From NCBI GenBank assembly GCA_964016885.1, contig OZ024741.1, forward strand, positions 306,280,001 to 306,344,000: a DNA stretch of 64,000 bases, read 5' to 3'. This document shows, one piece after another, positions 9,786 through 25,900 of this stretch (the first letter of the stretch is position 1; the number at the start of each line of letters is the position of its first letter). The notes below the pieces were generated by a model. That model was not told the origin of the DNA and made no database searches. It saw nothing but the letters and a program-made list of their open reading frames with translations. This DNA comes from Eledone cirrhosa. Lineage: Eukaryota. The translations under genes were made by a program, and so were the position numbers.

Positions 9786-10199
9786 TAGCAGAAAAACCAC
9801 CCTTCGAGTGGTTTTCTGCTAGCATGTGTAGTGTGTATATTGATATTATACACAAATATATATACATGTAGATATGATACATCAAATAAAATCGTAATTG
9901 ACAATATACACAGAAATTGAACGAAATCTATGTTACACTATCTTCTGTAATCAGTAATCCATGATACAGTTAAAAAAAGACGATATTATATATAAACTGC
10001 ATTAGGAGATAATTAGCGACGGAAATATATGCAATATTTTTATAAGTGTTATAATATAACGGCCGCTAACCGGAAATGTTGACATTTGAACATTTTAAAG
10101 AAGTGAATCTTTAAATAAGCTATAAAATATATTTAATCAACATCCACGAAATTTAGCACATAAAGTATGTAATATTCATTCATTATTTATTCAAAGTAA

Positions 10200-10387
10200 G
10201 GGGCGGTGGATTGGCAGTATCGGTAGAGGGTTGGACGCCATGCTTTGACGCATAGAGTTACGGTCCTTGCCATTCTGAGTTCAAATCCCGCCGAGGTCAA
10301 CTTTGCCTTTCATCCTTACGGGGTCGATAAAATAAAGTACCAGTAATGCACTGGGTAATTGCTGGCCTTGTGCCAAAAGTAGAAACA
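10200..10387 (+). mobile_element. tRNA-derived SINE with an 18-bp target-site duplication
   Basis: A-box-like TGGCAGTATCGG (~10212) and B box GTTCAAATCC (10279-10288). Flanked by direct repeats attatttattcaaagtaa at 10182-10199 and 10388-10405. Confidence 0.9.
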
Positions 10388-10484
10388 ATTATTTATTCAA
10401 AGTAATCCAACTTATTTTACAAACGGGGTAAAAAAATATATTCTGGACGCAGTCCCGGACTCCTTTCTTTATTATAGTTAAGAT

Positions 10485-10926
10485 AATCATTATCATCATC
10501 ATCATCCCCACAACAACAACATCATTATCACTACTACCACGACGACCACCGTTGCCATCATCATCATCATCATCATTATTATAATATTAATTCTCATCAT
10601 CATCATTCCCACCACTACCACCATCATCACAACCACACCAACAACACTAACACTACTATTACCATCACCACTACCACCATCATCACAACCACACCACCAA
10701 CACTAACACTACTATTACCATCACCACTACCACCATCACTGCCGCTGCCACCACCACCATTTTTGTTATCAAAATCATTGTCGTCATCATCATCCCTCCC
10801 ACCACTATCACCACCAACAACAGTAATACTACTATCATCAACACCATCATTACCACCACCACCACCACCAACTACACCACCTCAACTTCCATCATAATTA
10901 ACATCATCATCATAATTAACATCATC
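10485..10926. repeat. Degenerate (CAT/CAC/CAA)n low-complexity tract with an internal ~57-bp direct repeat
   Basis: catcacaaccacacc..caacactaacactactattaccatcaccactac occurs twice (~10624 and ~10681). Confidence 0.9.
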
Positions 10927-13900
10927 ATCAATACGACAGCCATCCTCACATCCACCCACCATCTCCACCAACACCATCAACACGACAGCCATCCTCACCT
11001 CCACCCACCATCTCCACCATCACCATCAACACGACAGCCATCCTCACCTCCACCCACCATCTCCAGCCTCAACACCATCAACACGACAGCCATCCTCACA
11101 TCCACCCACCATCAACACGACAGCCATCCTCACATCCACCCACCATCTCCACCAACACCATCAACACGACAGCCATCCTCACCTCCACCCACCATCTCCA
11201 CCATCACCATCAACACGACAGCCATCCTCACATCCACCCACCATCTCCACCATCACCATCAACACGACAGCCATCCTCACCTCCACCCACCATCTCCACC
11301 AACACCATCAACACGACAGCCATCCTCACCTCCACCCACCATCTCCACCAACACCATCAACACGACAGCCATCCTCACCTCCACCCACCATCTCCACCAA
11401 CACCATCAACACGACAGCCATCCTCACCTCCACCCACCATCTCCACCAACACCATCAACACGAAGCCATCCTCACATCCACCCACCATCTCCAGCCTCAA
11501 CACCACCATCACGACTGCCATACTCACCTCCACCCACCATCTCCACCATCACCATCAACACGACAGCCATCCTCACCTCCACCCACCATCTCCACCAACA
11601 CCATCAACACGACTGCCATCCTCACCTCCACCCACCATCTCCACCAAAACCATCAACACGACAGCCATCCTCACCTCCACCCACCATCTCCACCAACACC
11701 ATCAACACGAAGCCATCCTCACATCCACCCACCATCTCCAGCCTCAACACCACCATCACGACTGCCATACTCACCTCCACCCACCATCTCCACCATCACC
11801 ATCAACACGACAGCCATCCTCACCTCCACCCACCATCTCCACCAACACCATCAACACGACTGCCATCCTCACCTCCACCCACCATCTCCACCAACACCAT
11901 CAACACGACAGCCATCCTCACCTCCACCCACCATCTCCACCATCACCATCAACACGACAGCCATCCTCACCTCCACCCACCATCTCCACCAACACCATCA
12001 ACACGACAGCCATCCTCACCTCCACCCACCATCTCCACCAACACCATCAACACGAAGCCATCCTCACATCCACCCACCATCTCCAGCCTCAACACCATCA
12101 ACACGACAGCCATCCTCACATCCACCCACCATCTCCACCAACACCATCAACACGACAGCCATCCTCACCTCCACCCACCATCTCCACCAACACCATCAAC
12201 ACGACAGCCATCCTCACATCCACCCACCATCTCCACCAACACCATCAACACGACAGCCATCCTCACATCCACCCACCATCTCCACCAACACCATCAACAC
12301 GACAGCCATCCTCACCTCCACCCACCATCTCCAGCCTCAACACCATCAACACGACTGCCATCCTCACCTCCACCCACCATCTCCACCAAAACCATCAACA
12401 CGACAGCCATCCTCACATCCACCCACCATCTCCACCAACACCATCAACACGACTGCCATCCTCACATCCACCCACCATCTCCACCAACACCATCAACACG
12501 ACAGCCATCCTCACCTCCACCCACCATCTCCACCATCACCATCAACACGACAGCCATCCTCACATCCACCCACCATCTCCACCAACACCATCAACACGAC
12601 TGCCATCCTCACATCCACCCACCATCTCCACCAACACCATCAACACGACAGCCATCCTCACCTCCACCCACCATCTCCACCATCACCATCAACACGACAG
12701 CCATCCTCACATCCACCCACCATCTCCACCAACACCATCAACACGACTGCCATCCTCACATCCACCCACCATCTCCACCAACACCATCAACACGACAGCC
12801 ATCCTCACCTCCACCCACCATCTCCACCAACACCATCAACACGACTGCCATCCTCACCTCCACCCACCATCTCCACCAAAACCATCAACACGACAGCCAT
12901 CCTCACATCCACCCACCATCTCCACCAACACCATCAACACGACAGCCATCCTCACCTCCACCCACCATCTCCACCAACACCATCAACACGACTGCCATCC
13001 TCACCTCCACCCACCATCTCCACCAACACCATCAACACGACAGCCATCCTCACCTCCACCCACCATCTCCAACAAAACCATCAACACGACTGCCATCCTC
13101 ACCTCCACCCACCATCTCCACCAACACCATCAACACGACAGCCATCCTCACCTCCACCCACCATCTCCAACAAAACCATCAACACGACAGCCATCCTCAC
13201 CTCCACCCACCATCTCCAGCCTCAACACCATCAACACGACAGCCATCCTCACATCCACCCACCATCTCCACCAACACCATCAACACGACAGCCATCCTCA
13301 CCTCCACCCACCATCTCCACCAAAACCATCAACACGACAGCCATTCTCACCTCCACCCACCATCTCCAGCCTCAACACCATCAACACGACAGCCATCCTC
13401 ACATCCACCCACCATCTCCACTAACACCATCAACACGACAGCCATCCTTACATCCACCCACCATCTCCACCAACACCATCAACACGACTGCCATCCTGAC
13501 CTCCACCCACCATCTCCACCAACACCATCAACACGACAGCCATCCTCACATCCACCCACCATCTCCACCAACACCATCAACAGGACAGCCATCCTCACAT
13601 CCACCCACCATCTCCACCAACACCATCAACACGACTGCCATCCTCACATCCACCCACCATCTCCACCAACACCATCAACACGACAGCCATCCTCACCTCC
13701 ACCCACCATCTCCACCAACACCATCAACACGACAGCCATCCTCACATCCACCCACCATCTCCAGCGTCAACACCGTCAACACGACAGCCATCCTTACATC
13801 CACCCACCATCTCCAGCCTCAACACCATCAACACGACAGCCATCCTCACACCCACCCACCATCTCCACCAACACCATCAACACGACAGCCATGCTCACCT

Positions 13901-16900
13901 CCACCCACCATCTCCAGCCTCAACACCATCAACACGACAGCCATCCTCACCTCCACCCACCATCTCCACCAACACCATCAACACGACAGCCATCCTCACC
14001 TCCACCCACCATCTCCACCAACACCATCAACACGACAGCCATCGTCACCTCCACCCAACATCTCCACCAACACCATCAACACGACAGCCATCCTCACATC
14101 TACCCACCATCTCCACCAACACCATCAACACGACAGCCATCCTCACCTCCACCCACCATCTCCAGCCCCAACACCATCAACACGACAGCCATCCTCACCT
14201 CCACCCACCATCTCCACCAACACCATCAACACGACAGCCATCCTCACCTCCACCCACCATCTCCACCAACACCATCAACACGACAGCCATCCTCACCTCC
14301 ACCCACCATCTCCACCAACACCATCAACACGACAGCCATCCTCACCTCCACCCACCATCTCCACCAACACCATCAACACGACAGCCATCCTCACCTCCAC
14401 CCACCATCTCCACCAACACCATCAACACGACAGCCATCCTCACCTCCACCCACCATCTCCACCAACACCATCAACACGACAGCCATCCTCACATCTACCC
14501 ACCATCTCCACCAACACCATCAACACGACAGCCATCCTCACTTCCACCCACCATCTCCACCAACACCATCAACACGACAGCCATCCTCACCTCCACCCAC
14601 CATCTCCACCAACACCATCAACACGACAGCCATCCTCACCTCCACCCACCATCTCCACCAACACCATCAACACGACAGCCATCCTCACCTCCACCCACCA
14701 TCTCCACCAACACCATCAACACGACAGCCATCCTCACATCTACCCACCATCTCCACCAACACCATCAACACGACAGCCATCCTCACCTCCACCCACCATC
14801 TCCACCAACACCATCAACACGACAGCCATCCTCACCTCCACCCACCATCTCCACCAACACCATCAACACGACAGCCATCCTCACCTCCACCCACCATCTC
14901 CACCAACACCATCAACACGACAGCCATCCTCACATCTACCCACCATCTCCACCAACACCATCAACACGACAGCCATCCTCACCTCCACCCACCATCTCCA
15001 GCCTCAACACCATCAACACGACAGCCATCCTCACCTCCACCCACCATCTCCACCAACACCATCAACACGACAGCCATCCTCACCTCCACCCACCATCTCC
15101 ACCAACACCATCAACACGACAGCCATCCTCACCTCCACCCACCATCTCCAGCCCCAACACCATCAACACGACAGCCATCCTCACCTCCACCCACCATCTC
15201 CAGCCCCAACACCATCAACACGACAGCCATCCTCACCTCCACCCACCATCTCCACCAACACCATCAACACGACAGCCATCCTCACCTCCACCCACCATCT
15301 CCACCAACACCATCAACACGACAGCCATCCTCACCTCCACCCACCATCTCCAGCCTCAACACCATCAACACGACAGCCATCCTCACCTCGACCCACCATC
15401 TCCACCAACACCATCAACACGACAGCCATCCTCACCTCCACCCACCATCTCCAGCCCCAACACCATCAACACGACAGCCATCCTCACCTCCACCCACCAT
15501 CTCCAGCCTCAACACCATCAACACGACAGCCATCCTCACCTCCACCCACCATCTCCACCAACACCATCAACACGACAGCCATCCTCACCTCCACCCACCA
15601 TCTCCACCAACACCATCAACACGACAGCCATCCTCACCTCCACCCACCATCTCCAGCCCCAACACCATCAACACGACAGCCATCCTCACCTCCACCCACC
15701 ATCTCCAGCCCCAACACCATCAACACGACAGCCATCCTCACCTCCACCCACCATCTCCACCAACACCATCAACACGACAGCCATCCTCACCTCCACCCAC
15801 CATCTCCACCAACACCATCAACACGACAGCCATCCTCACCTCCACCCACCATCTCCAGCCCCAACACCATCAACACGACAGCCATCCTCACCTCCACCCA
15901 CCATCTCCAGCCCCAACACCATCAACACGACAGCCATCCTCACCTCCACCCACCATCTCCACCAACACCATCAACACGACAGCCATCCTCACCTCCACCC
16001 ACCATCTCCAGCCCCAACACCATCAACACGACAGCCATCCTCACCTCCACCCACCATCTCCAGCCCCAACACCATCAACACGACAGCCATCCTCACCTCC
16101 ACCCACCATCTCCACCAACACCATCAACACGACAGCCATCCTCACCTCCACCCACCATCTCCAGCCTCAACACCATCAACACGACAGCCATCCTCACCTC
16201 CACCCACCATCTCCACCAACACCATCAACACGACAGCCATCCTCACCTCCACCCACCATCTCCAGCCCCAACACCATCAACACGACAGCCATCCTCACCT
16301 CCACCCACCATCTCCAGCCTCAACACCATCAACACGACAGCCATCCTCACCTCCACCCACCATCTCCACCAACACCATCAACACGACAGCCATCCTCACC
16401 TCCACCCACCATCTCCACCAACACCATCAACACGACAGCCATCCTCACCTCCACCCACCATCTCCAGCCCCAACACCATCAACACGACAGCCATCCTCAC
16501 CTCCACCCACCATCTCCAGCCCCAACACCATCAACACGACAGCCATCCTCACCTCCACCCACCATCTCCACCAACACCATCAACACGACAGCCATCCTCA
16601 CCTCCACCCACCATCTCCACCAACACCATCAACACGACAGCCATCCTCACCTCCACCCACCATCTCCAGCCCCAACACCATCAACACGACAGCCATCCTC
16701 ACCTCCACCCACCATCTCCACCAACACCATCAACACGACAGCCATCCTCACCTCCACCCACCATCTCCACCAACACCATCAACACGACAGCCATCCTCAC
16801 CTCCACCCACCATCTCCAGCCCCAACACCATCAACACGACAGCCATCCTCACACCCACCCACCATCTCCACCATCACCATCAACACGACAGCCATCCTCA

Positions 16901-19900
16901 CATCCACCCACCATCTCCACCAACACCATCAACACGACTGCCATCCTCACCTCCACCCACCATCTCCACCAACACCATCAACACGACAGCCATCCTCACA
17001 TCCACCCACCATCTCCACCAACACCATCAACACGACAGCCATCCTCACCTCCACCCACCATCTCCAGCCCCAACACCATCAACACGACAGCCATCCTCAC
17101 ATCCACCCACAATCTCCACCAACACCATCAACACGACAGCCATCCTCACCTCCACCCACCATCTCCACCAACACCATCAACACGACAGCCATCCTCACAT
17201 CCACGCACCATCTCCAGCCCCAACACCATCAACACGACAGCCATCCTCACACCCACCCACCATCTCCACCATCACCATCAACACGACAGCCATCCTCACA
17301 TCCACCCACCATCTCCACCAACACCATCAACACGACAGCCATCCTCACCTCCACCCACCATCTCCACCATCACCATCAACACGACAGCCATCCTCACCTC
17401 CACCCACCATCTCCACCATCACCATCAACACGACAGCCATCCTCACCTCCACCCACCATCTCCAGCCCCAACACCATCAACACGACAGCCATCCTCACCT
17501 CCACCCACCATCTCCACCATCACCATCAACACGACAGCCATCCTCACCTCCACCCACCATCTCCACCAACACCATCAACACGACAGCCATCCTCACATCC
17601 ACCCACCATCTCCACCAACACCATCAACACGACAGCCATCCTCACCTCCACCCACCATCTCCACCAACACCATCAACACGACAGCCATCCTCACATCCAC
17701 CCACCATCTCCACCATCACCATCAACACGACAGCCATCCTCACCTCCACCCACCATCTCCACCATCACCATCAACACGACAGCCATCCTCACATCCACCC
17801 ACCATCTCCAGCCTCAACACCATCAACACGACAGCCATCCTCACCTCCACCCACCATCTCCAGCCTCAACACCATCAACACGACAGCCATCCTCACCTCC
17901 ACCCACCATCTCCAGCCCCAACACCATCAACACGACAGCCATCCTCACCTCCACCCACCATCTCCAGCCCCAACACCATCAACACGACAGCCATCCTCAC
18001 CTCCACCCACCATCTCCAGCCTCAACACCATCAACACGACAGCCATCCTCACCTCCACCCACCATCTCCAGCCCCAACACCATCAACACGACAGCCATCC
18101 TCACCTCCACCCACCATCTCCAGCCCCAACACCATCAACACGACAGCCATCCTCACCTCCACCCACCATCTCCAGCCTCAACACCATCAACACGACAGCC
18201 ATCCTCACCTCCACCCACCATCTCCAGCCCCAACACCATCAACACGACAGCCATCCTCACCTCCACCCACCATCTCCAGCCCCAACACCATCAACACGAC
18301 AGCCATCCTCACCTCCACCCACCATCTCCAGCCTCAACACCATCAACACGACAGCCATCCTCACCTCCACCCACCATCTCCACCATCACCATCAACACGA
18401 CAGCCATCCTCACATCCACCCACCATCTCCAGCCTCAACACCATCAACACGACAGCCATCCTCACCTCCACCCACCATCTCCAGCCTCAACACCATCAAC
18501 ACGACAGCCATCCTCACCTCCACCCACCATCTCCACCAACACCATCAACACGACAGCCATCCTCACCTCCACCCACCATCTCCAGCCTCAACACCATCAA
18601 CACGACAGCCATCCTCACCTCCACCCACCATCTCCACCAACACCATCAACACGACAGCCATCCTCACATCCACCCACCATCTCCACCAACACCATCAACA
18701 CGACAGCCATCCTCACCTCCACCCACCATCTCCACCAACACCATCAACACGACAGCCATCCTCACCTCCACCCACCATCTCCACCAACACCATCAACACG
18801 ACAGCCATCCTCACATCCACCCACCATCTCCACCAACACCATCAACACGACAGCCATCCTCACCTCCACCCACCATCTCCACCAACACCATCAACACGAC
18901 AGCCATCCTCACATCCACCCACCATCTCCACCAACACCATCAACACGACAGCCATCCTCACCTCCACCCACCATCTCCACCAACACCATCAACACGACAG
19001 CCATCCTCACATCCACCCACCATCTCCACCAACACCATCAACACGACAGCCATCCTCACCTCCACCCACCATCTCCACCAACACCATCAACACGACAGCC
19101 ATCCTCACCTCCACCCACCATCTCCAGCCCCAACACCATCAACACGACAGCCATCCTCACCTCCACCCACCATCTCCACCAACACCATCAACACGACAGC
19201 CATCCTCACCTCCACCCACCATCTCCAGCCTCAACACCATCAACACGACAGCCATCCTCACCTCCACCCACCATCTCCACCAACACCATCAACACGACAG
19301 CCATCCTCACATCCACCCACCATCTCCACCAACACCATCAACACGACAGCCATCCTCACCTCCACCCACCATCTCCACCAACACCATCAACACGACAGCC
19401 ATCCTCACATCCACCCACCATCTCCACCAACACCATCAACACGACAGCCATCCTCACATCCACCCACCATCTCCACCAACACCATCAACACGACAGCCAT
19501 CCTCACCTCCACCCACCATCTCCACCAACACCATCAACACGACAGCCATCCTCACCTCCACCCACCATCTCCACCAACACCATCAACACGACAGCCATCC
19601 TCACCTCCACCCACCATCTCCACCAACACCATCAACACGACAGCCATCCTCACATCCACCCACCATCTCCACCAACACCATCAACACGACAGCCATCCTC
19701 ACCTCCACCCACCATCTCCACCAACACCATCAACACGACAGCCATCCTCACCTCCACCCACCATCTCCACCAACACCATCAACACGACAGCCATCCTCAC
19801 ATCCACCCACCATCTCCACCAACACCATCAACACGACAGCCATCCTCACCTCCACCCACCATCTCCACCAACACCATCAACACGACAGCCATCCTCACCT

Positions 19901-22900
19901 CCACCCACCATCTCCACCAACACCATCAACACGACAGCCATCCTCACCTCCACCCACCATCTCCACCAACACCATCAACACGACAGCCATCCTCACCTCC
20001 ACCCACCATCTCCACCAACACCATCAACACGACAGCCATCCTCACATCCACCCACCATCTCCACCAACACCATCAACACGACAGCCATCCTCACCTCCAC
20101 CCACCATCTCCACCAACACCATCAACACGACAGCCATCCTCACCTCCACCCACCATCTCCACCAACACCATCAACACGACAGCCATCCTCACCTCCACCC
20201 ACCATCTCCACCAACACCATCAACACGACAGCCATCCTCACCTCCACCCACCATCTCCACCAACACCATCAACACGACAGCCATCCTCACCTCCACCCAC
20301 CATCTCCACCAACACCATCAACACGACAGCCATCCTCACCTCCACCCACCATCTCCACCAACACCATCAACACGACAGCCATCCTCACATCCACCCACCA
20401 TCTCCACCAACACCATCAACACGACAGCCATCCTCACCTCCACCCACCATCTCCACCAACACCATCAACACGACAGCCATCCTCACCTCCACCCACCATC
20501 TCCACCAACACCATCAACACGACAGCCATCCTCACCTCCACCCACCATCTCCACCAACACCATCAACACGACAGCCATCCTCACCTCCACCCACCATCTC
20601 CACCAACACCATCAACACGACAGCCATCCTCACATCCACCCACCATCTCCACCAACACCATCAACACGACAGCCATCCTCACCTCCACCCACCATCTCCA
20701 CCAACACCATCAACACGACAGCCATCCTCACCTCCACCCACCATCTCCACCAACACCATCAACACGACAGCCATCCTCACCTCCACCCACCATCTCCACC
20801 AACACCATCAACACGACAGCCATCCTCACATCCACCCACCATCTCCACCAACACCATCAACACGACAGCCATCCTCACCTCCACCCACCATCTCCACCAA
20901 CACCATCAACACGACTGCCATCCTCACCTCCACCCACCATCTCCACCAAAACCATCAACACGACTGCCATCCTCACCTCCACCCACCATCTCCACCAACA
21001 CCATCAACACGACTGCCATCCTCACCTCCACCCACCATCTCCAACAAAACCATCAACACGACAGCCATCCTCACCTCCACCCACCATCTCCAGCCTCAAC
21101 ACCATCAACACGACAGCCATCCTCACACCCACCCACCATCTCCACCATCACCATCAACACGACAGCCATCCTCACCTCCACCCACCATCTCCACCAACAC
21201 CATCAACACGACAGCCATCCTCACACCCACCCACTATCTCCACCAACACCATCAACACGACAGCCATCCTCACATCCACCCACCATCTCCACCAACACCA
21301 TCAACACGACAGCCATCCTCACCTCCACCCACCATCTCCAGCCTCAACACCATCAACACGACAGCCATCCTCACCTCCACCCACCATCTCCAGCCTCAAC
21401 ACCATCAACACGACAGCCATCCTCACCTCCACCCACCATCTCCACCAACACCATCAACACGACAGCCATCCTCACATCCACCCACCATCTCCACCAACAC
21501 CATCAACACGACAGCCATCCTCACATCCACCCACCATCTCCACCAACACCATCAACACGACAGCCATCCTCACCTCCACCCACCATCTCCACCAACACCA
21601 TCAACACGACAGCCATCCTCACCTCCACCCACCATCTCCACCAACACCATCAACACGACAGCCATCCTCACACCCACCCACCATCTCCACCATCACCATC
21701 AACACGACAGCCATCCTCACATCCACCCACCATCTCCACCAACACCATCAACACGACAGCCATCCTCACACCCACCCACCATCTCCACCATCACCATCAA
21801 CACGACAGCCATCCTCACACCCACCCACCATCTCCACCATCACCATCAACACGACAGCCATCCTCACATCCACCCACCATCTCCACCAACACCATCAACA
21901 CGACAGCCATCCTCACACCCACCCACCATCTCCACCATCACCATCAACACGACAGCCATCCTCACACCCACCCACCATCTCCACCATCACCATCAACACG
22001 ACAGCCATCCTCACATCCACCCACCATCTCCACCAACACCATCAACACGACAGCCATCCTCACACCCACCCACCATCTCCACCATCACCATCAACACGAC
22101 AGCCATCCTCACATCCACCCACCATCTCCACCAACACCATCAACACGACAGCCATCCTCACCTCCACCCACCATCTCCACCAACACCATCAACACGACAG
22201 CCATCCTCACATCCACCCACCATCTCCACCATCACCATCAACACGACAGTCATCCTCACCTCCACCCACCATCTCCAGCCTCAACACCATCAACACGACA
22301 GCCATCCTCACATCCACCCACCATCTCCACTAACACCATCAACACGACAGCCATCCTCACATCCACCCACCATCTCCACCAACACCATCAACACGACAGC
22401 CATCCTCACCTCCACCCACCATCTCCACCAACACCATCAACACGACAGCCATCCTCACATCCACCCACCATCTCCACCAACACCATCAACACGACAGCCA
22501 TCCTCACACCCACCCACCATCTCCACCAACACCATCAACACGACAGCCATCCTCACCTACACCCACCATCTCCAGCCTCAACACCATCAACACGACAGCC
22601 ATCCTCACCTCCACCCACCATCTCCAGCAACACCATCAACACGACAGCCATCCTCACATCCACCCACCATCTCCACCAACACCATCAACACGACAGCCAT
22701 CCTCACATCCACCCACCATCTCCACCATCACCATCAACACGACAGCCATCCTCACATCCACCCACCATCTCCACCAACACCATCAACACGACAGCCATCC
22801 TCACCTCCACCCACCATCTCCACCATCACCATCAACACGACAGCCATCCTCACCTCCACCCACCATCTCCAGCCTCAACACCATCAACACGACAGCCATC

Positions 22901-25900
22901 CTCACCTCCACCCACCATCTCCACCAACACCATCAACACGACAGCCATCCTCACCTCCACCCACCATCTCCAGCCTCAACACCATCAACACGACAGCCAT
23001 CCTCACATCCACCCACCATCTCCACCAACACCATCAACACGACAGCCATCCTCACCTCCACCCACCATCTCCACCATCACCATCAACACGACAGCCATCC
23101 TCACCTCCACCCACCATCTCCAGCCTCAACACCATCAACACGACAGCCATCCTCACCTCCACCCACCATCTCCACCAACACCATCAACACGACAGCCATC
23201 CTCACCTCCACCCACCATCTCCAGCCTCAACACCATCAACACGACAGCCATCCTCACCTCCACCCACCATCTCCACCAACACCATCAACACGACAGCCAT
23301 CCTCACCTCCACCCACCATCTCCAGCCTCAACACCATCAACACGACAGCCATCCTCACATCCACCCACCATCTCCACCAACACCATCAACACGACAGCCA
23401 TCCTCACATCCACCCACCATCTCCACCATCACCATCAACACGACAGCCATCCTGACATCCACCCACCATCTCCACCAACACCATCAACACGACAGCCATC
23501 CTCACCTCCACCCACCATCTCCACCATCACCATCAACACGACAGCCATCCTCACCTCCACCCACCATCTCCAGCCTCAACACCATCAACACGACAGCCAT
23601 CCTCACCTCCACCCACCATCTCCACCAACACCATCAACACGACAGCCATCCTCACCTCCACCCACCATCTCCAGCCACAACACCATCAACACGACACCCA
23701 TCCTCACATCCACCCACCATCTCCACCATCACCATCAACACGACAGCCATCCTCACCTCCACCCACCATCTCCAGCCTCAACACCATCAACACGACAGCC
23801 ATCCTCACCTCCACCCACCATCTCCACCAACACCATCAACACGACAGCCATCCTCACATCCACCCACCATCTCCACCAACACCATCAACACGACAGCCAT
23901 CCTCACCTCCACCCACCATCTCCAGCCTCAACACCATCAACACGACAGCCATCCTCACCTCCACCCACCATCTCCACCAACACCATCAACACGACAGCCA
24001 TCCTCACCTCCACCCACCATCTCCACCAACACCATCAACACGACAGCCATCCTCACACCCACCCACCATCTCCACCAACACCATCAACACGACAGCCATC
24101 CTCACCTCCACCCACCATCTCCACCAACACCATCAACACGACAGCCATCCTCACACCCACCCACCATCTCCACCAACACCATCAACACGACAGCCATCCT
24201 CACCTCCACCCACCATCTCCACCAACACCATCAACACGACAGCCATCCTCACATCCACCCACCATCTCCACCAACACCATCAACATGACAGCCATCCTCA
24301 CCTCCACCCACCATCTCCAGCCTCAACACCATCAACACGACAGCCATCCTCACCTCCACCCACCATCTCCACCAACACCATCAACACGACAGCCATCCTC
24401 ACCTCCACCCACCATCTCCACCAACACCATCAACACGACAGCCATCCTCACATCCACCCACCATCTCCACCATCACCATCAACACGACAGCCATCCTCAC
24501 CTCCACCCACCATCTCCACCAACACCATCAACACGACAGCCATCCTCACCTCCACCCACCATCTCCACCAACACCATCAACACGACAGCCATCCTCACAC
24601 CCACCCACCATCTCCACCAACACCATCAACACGACAGCCATCCTCACCTCCACCCACCATCTCCACCAACACCATCAACACGACAGCCATCCTCACATCC
24701 ACCCACCATCTCCACCATCACCATCAACACGACAGCCATCCTCACCTCCACCCACCATCTCCAGCCACAACACCATCAACACGACAGCCATCCTCACATC
24801 CACCCACCATCTCCACCATCACCATCAACACGACAGCCATCCTCACCTCCACCCACCATCTCCAGCCTCAACACCATCAACACGACAGCCATCCTCACCT
24901 CCACCCACCATCTCCACCAACACCATCAACACGACAGCCATCCTCACATCCACCCACCATCTCCACCATCACCATCAACACGACAGCCATCCTCACATCC
25001 ACCCACCATCTCCACCAACACCATCAACACGACAGCCATCCTCACCTCCACCCACCATCTCCACCAACACCATCAACACGACAGCCATCCTCACCTCCAC
25101 CCACCATCTCCAGCCTCAACACCATCAACACGACAGCCATCCTCACCTCCACCCACCATCTCCACCAACACCATCAACACGACAGCCATCCTCACCTCCA
25201 CCCACCATCTCCACCAACACCATCAACACGACAGCCATCCTCACCTCCACCCACCATCTCCAGCCTCAACACCATCAACACGACAGCCATCCTCACACCC
25301 ACCCACAATCTCCACCAACACCATCAACACGACAGCCATCCTCACCTCCACCCACCATCTCCACCAACACCATCAACACGACAGCCATCCTCACATCCAC
25401 CCACCATCTCCACCATCACCATCAACACGACAGCCATCCTCACCTCCACCCACCATCTCCAGCCACAACACCATCAACACGACAGCCATCCTCACCTCCA
25501 CCCACCATCTCCACCAACACCATCAACACGACAGCCATCCTCACATCCACCCACCATCTCCACCATCACCATCAACACGACAGCCATCCTCACCTCCACC
25601 CACCATCTCCAGCCACAACACCATCAACACGACAGCCATCCTCACATCCACCCACCATCTCCACCATCACCATCAACACGACATCCATCCTCACCTCCAC
25701 CCACCATCTCCAGCCTCAACACCATCAACACGACAGCCATCCTCACCTCCACCCACCATCTCCACCAACACCATCAACACGACAGCCATCCTCACATCCA
25801 CCCACCATCTCCACCATCACCATCAACACGACAGCCATCCTCACATCCACCCACCATCTCCACCAACACCATCAACACGACAGCCATCCTCACCTCCACC

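Noticed and set aside
10200-10295. tRNA gene
   Set aside because: A and B boxes are present, but there is no clean cloverleaf; the sequence continues into a SINE body and is bounded by a TSD.
9562-10871. Val/Met-rich minus-strand ORFs
   Set aside because: They are the antisense of CAC/CAT triplet low-complexity DNA.
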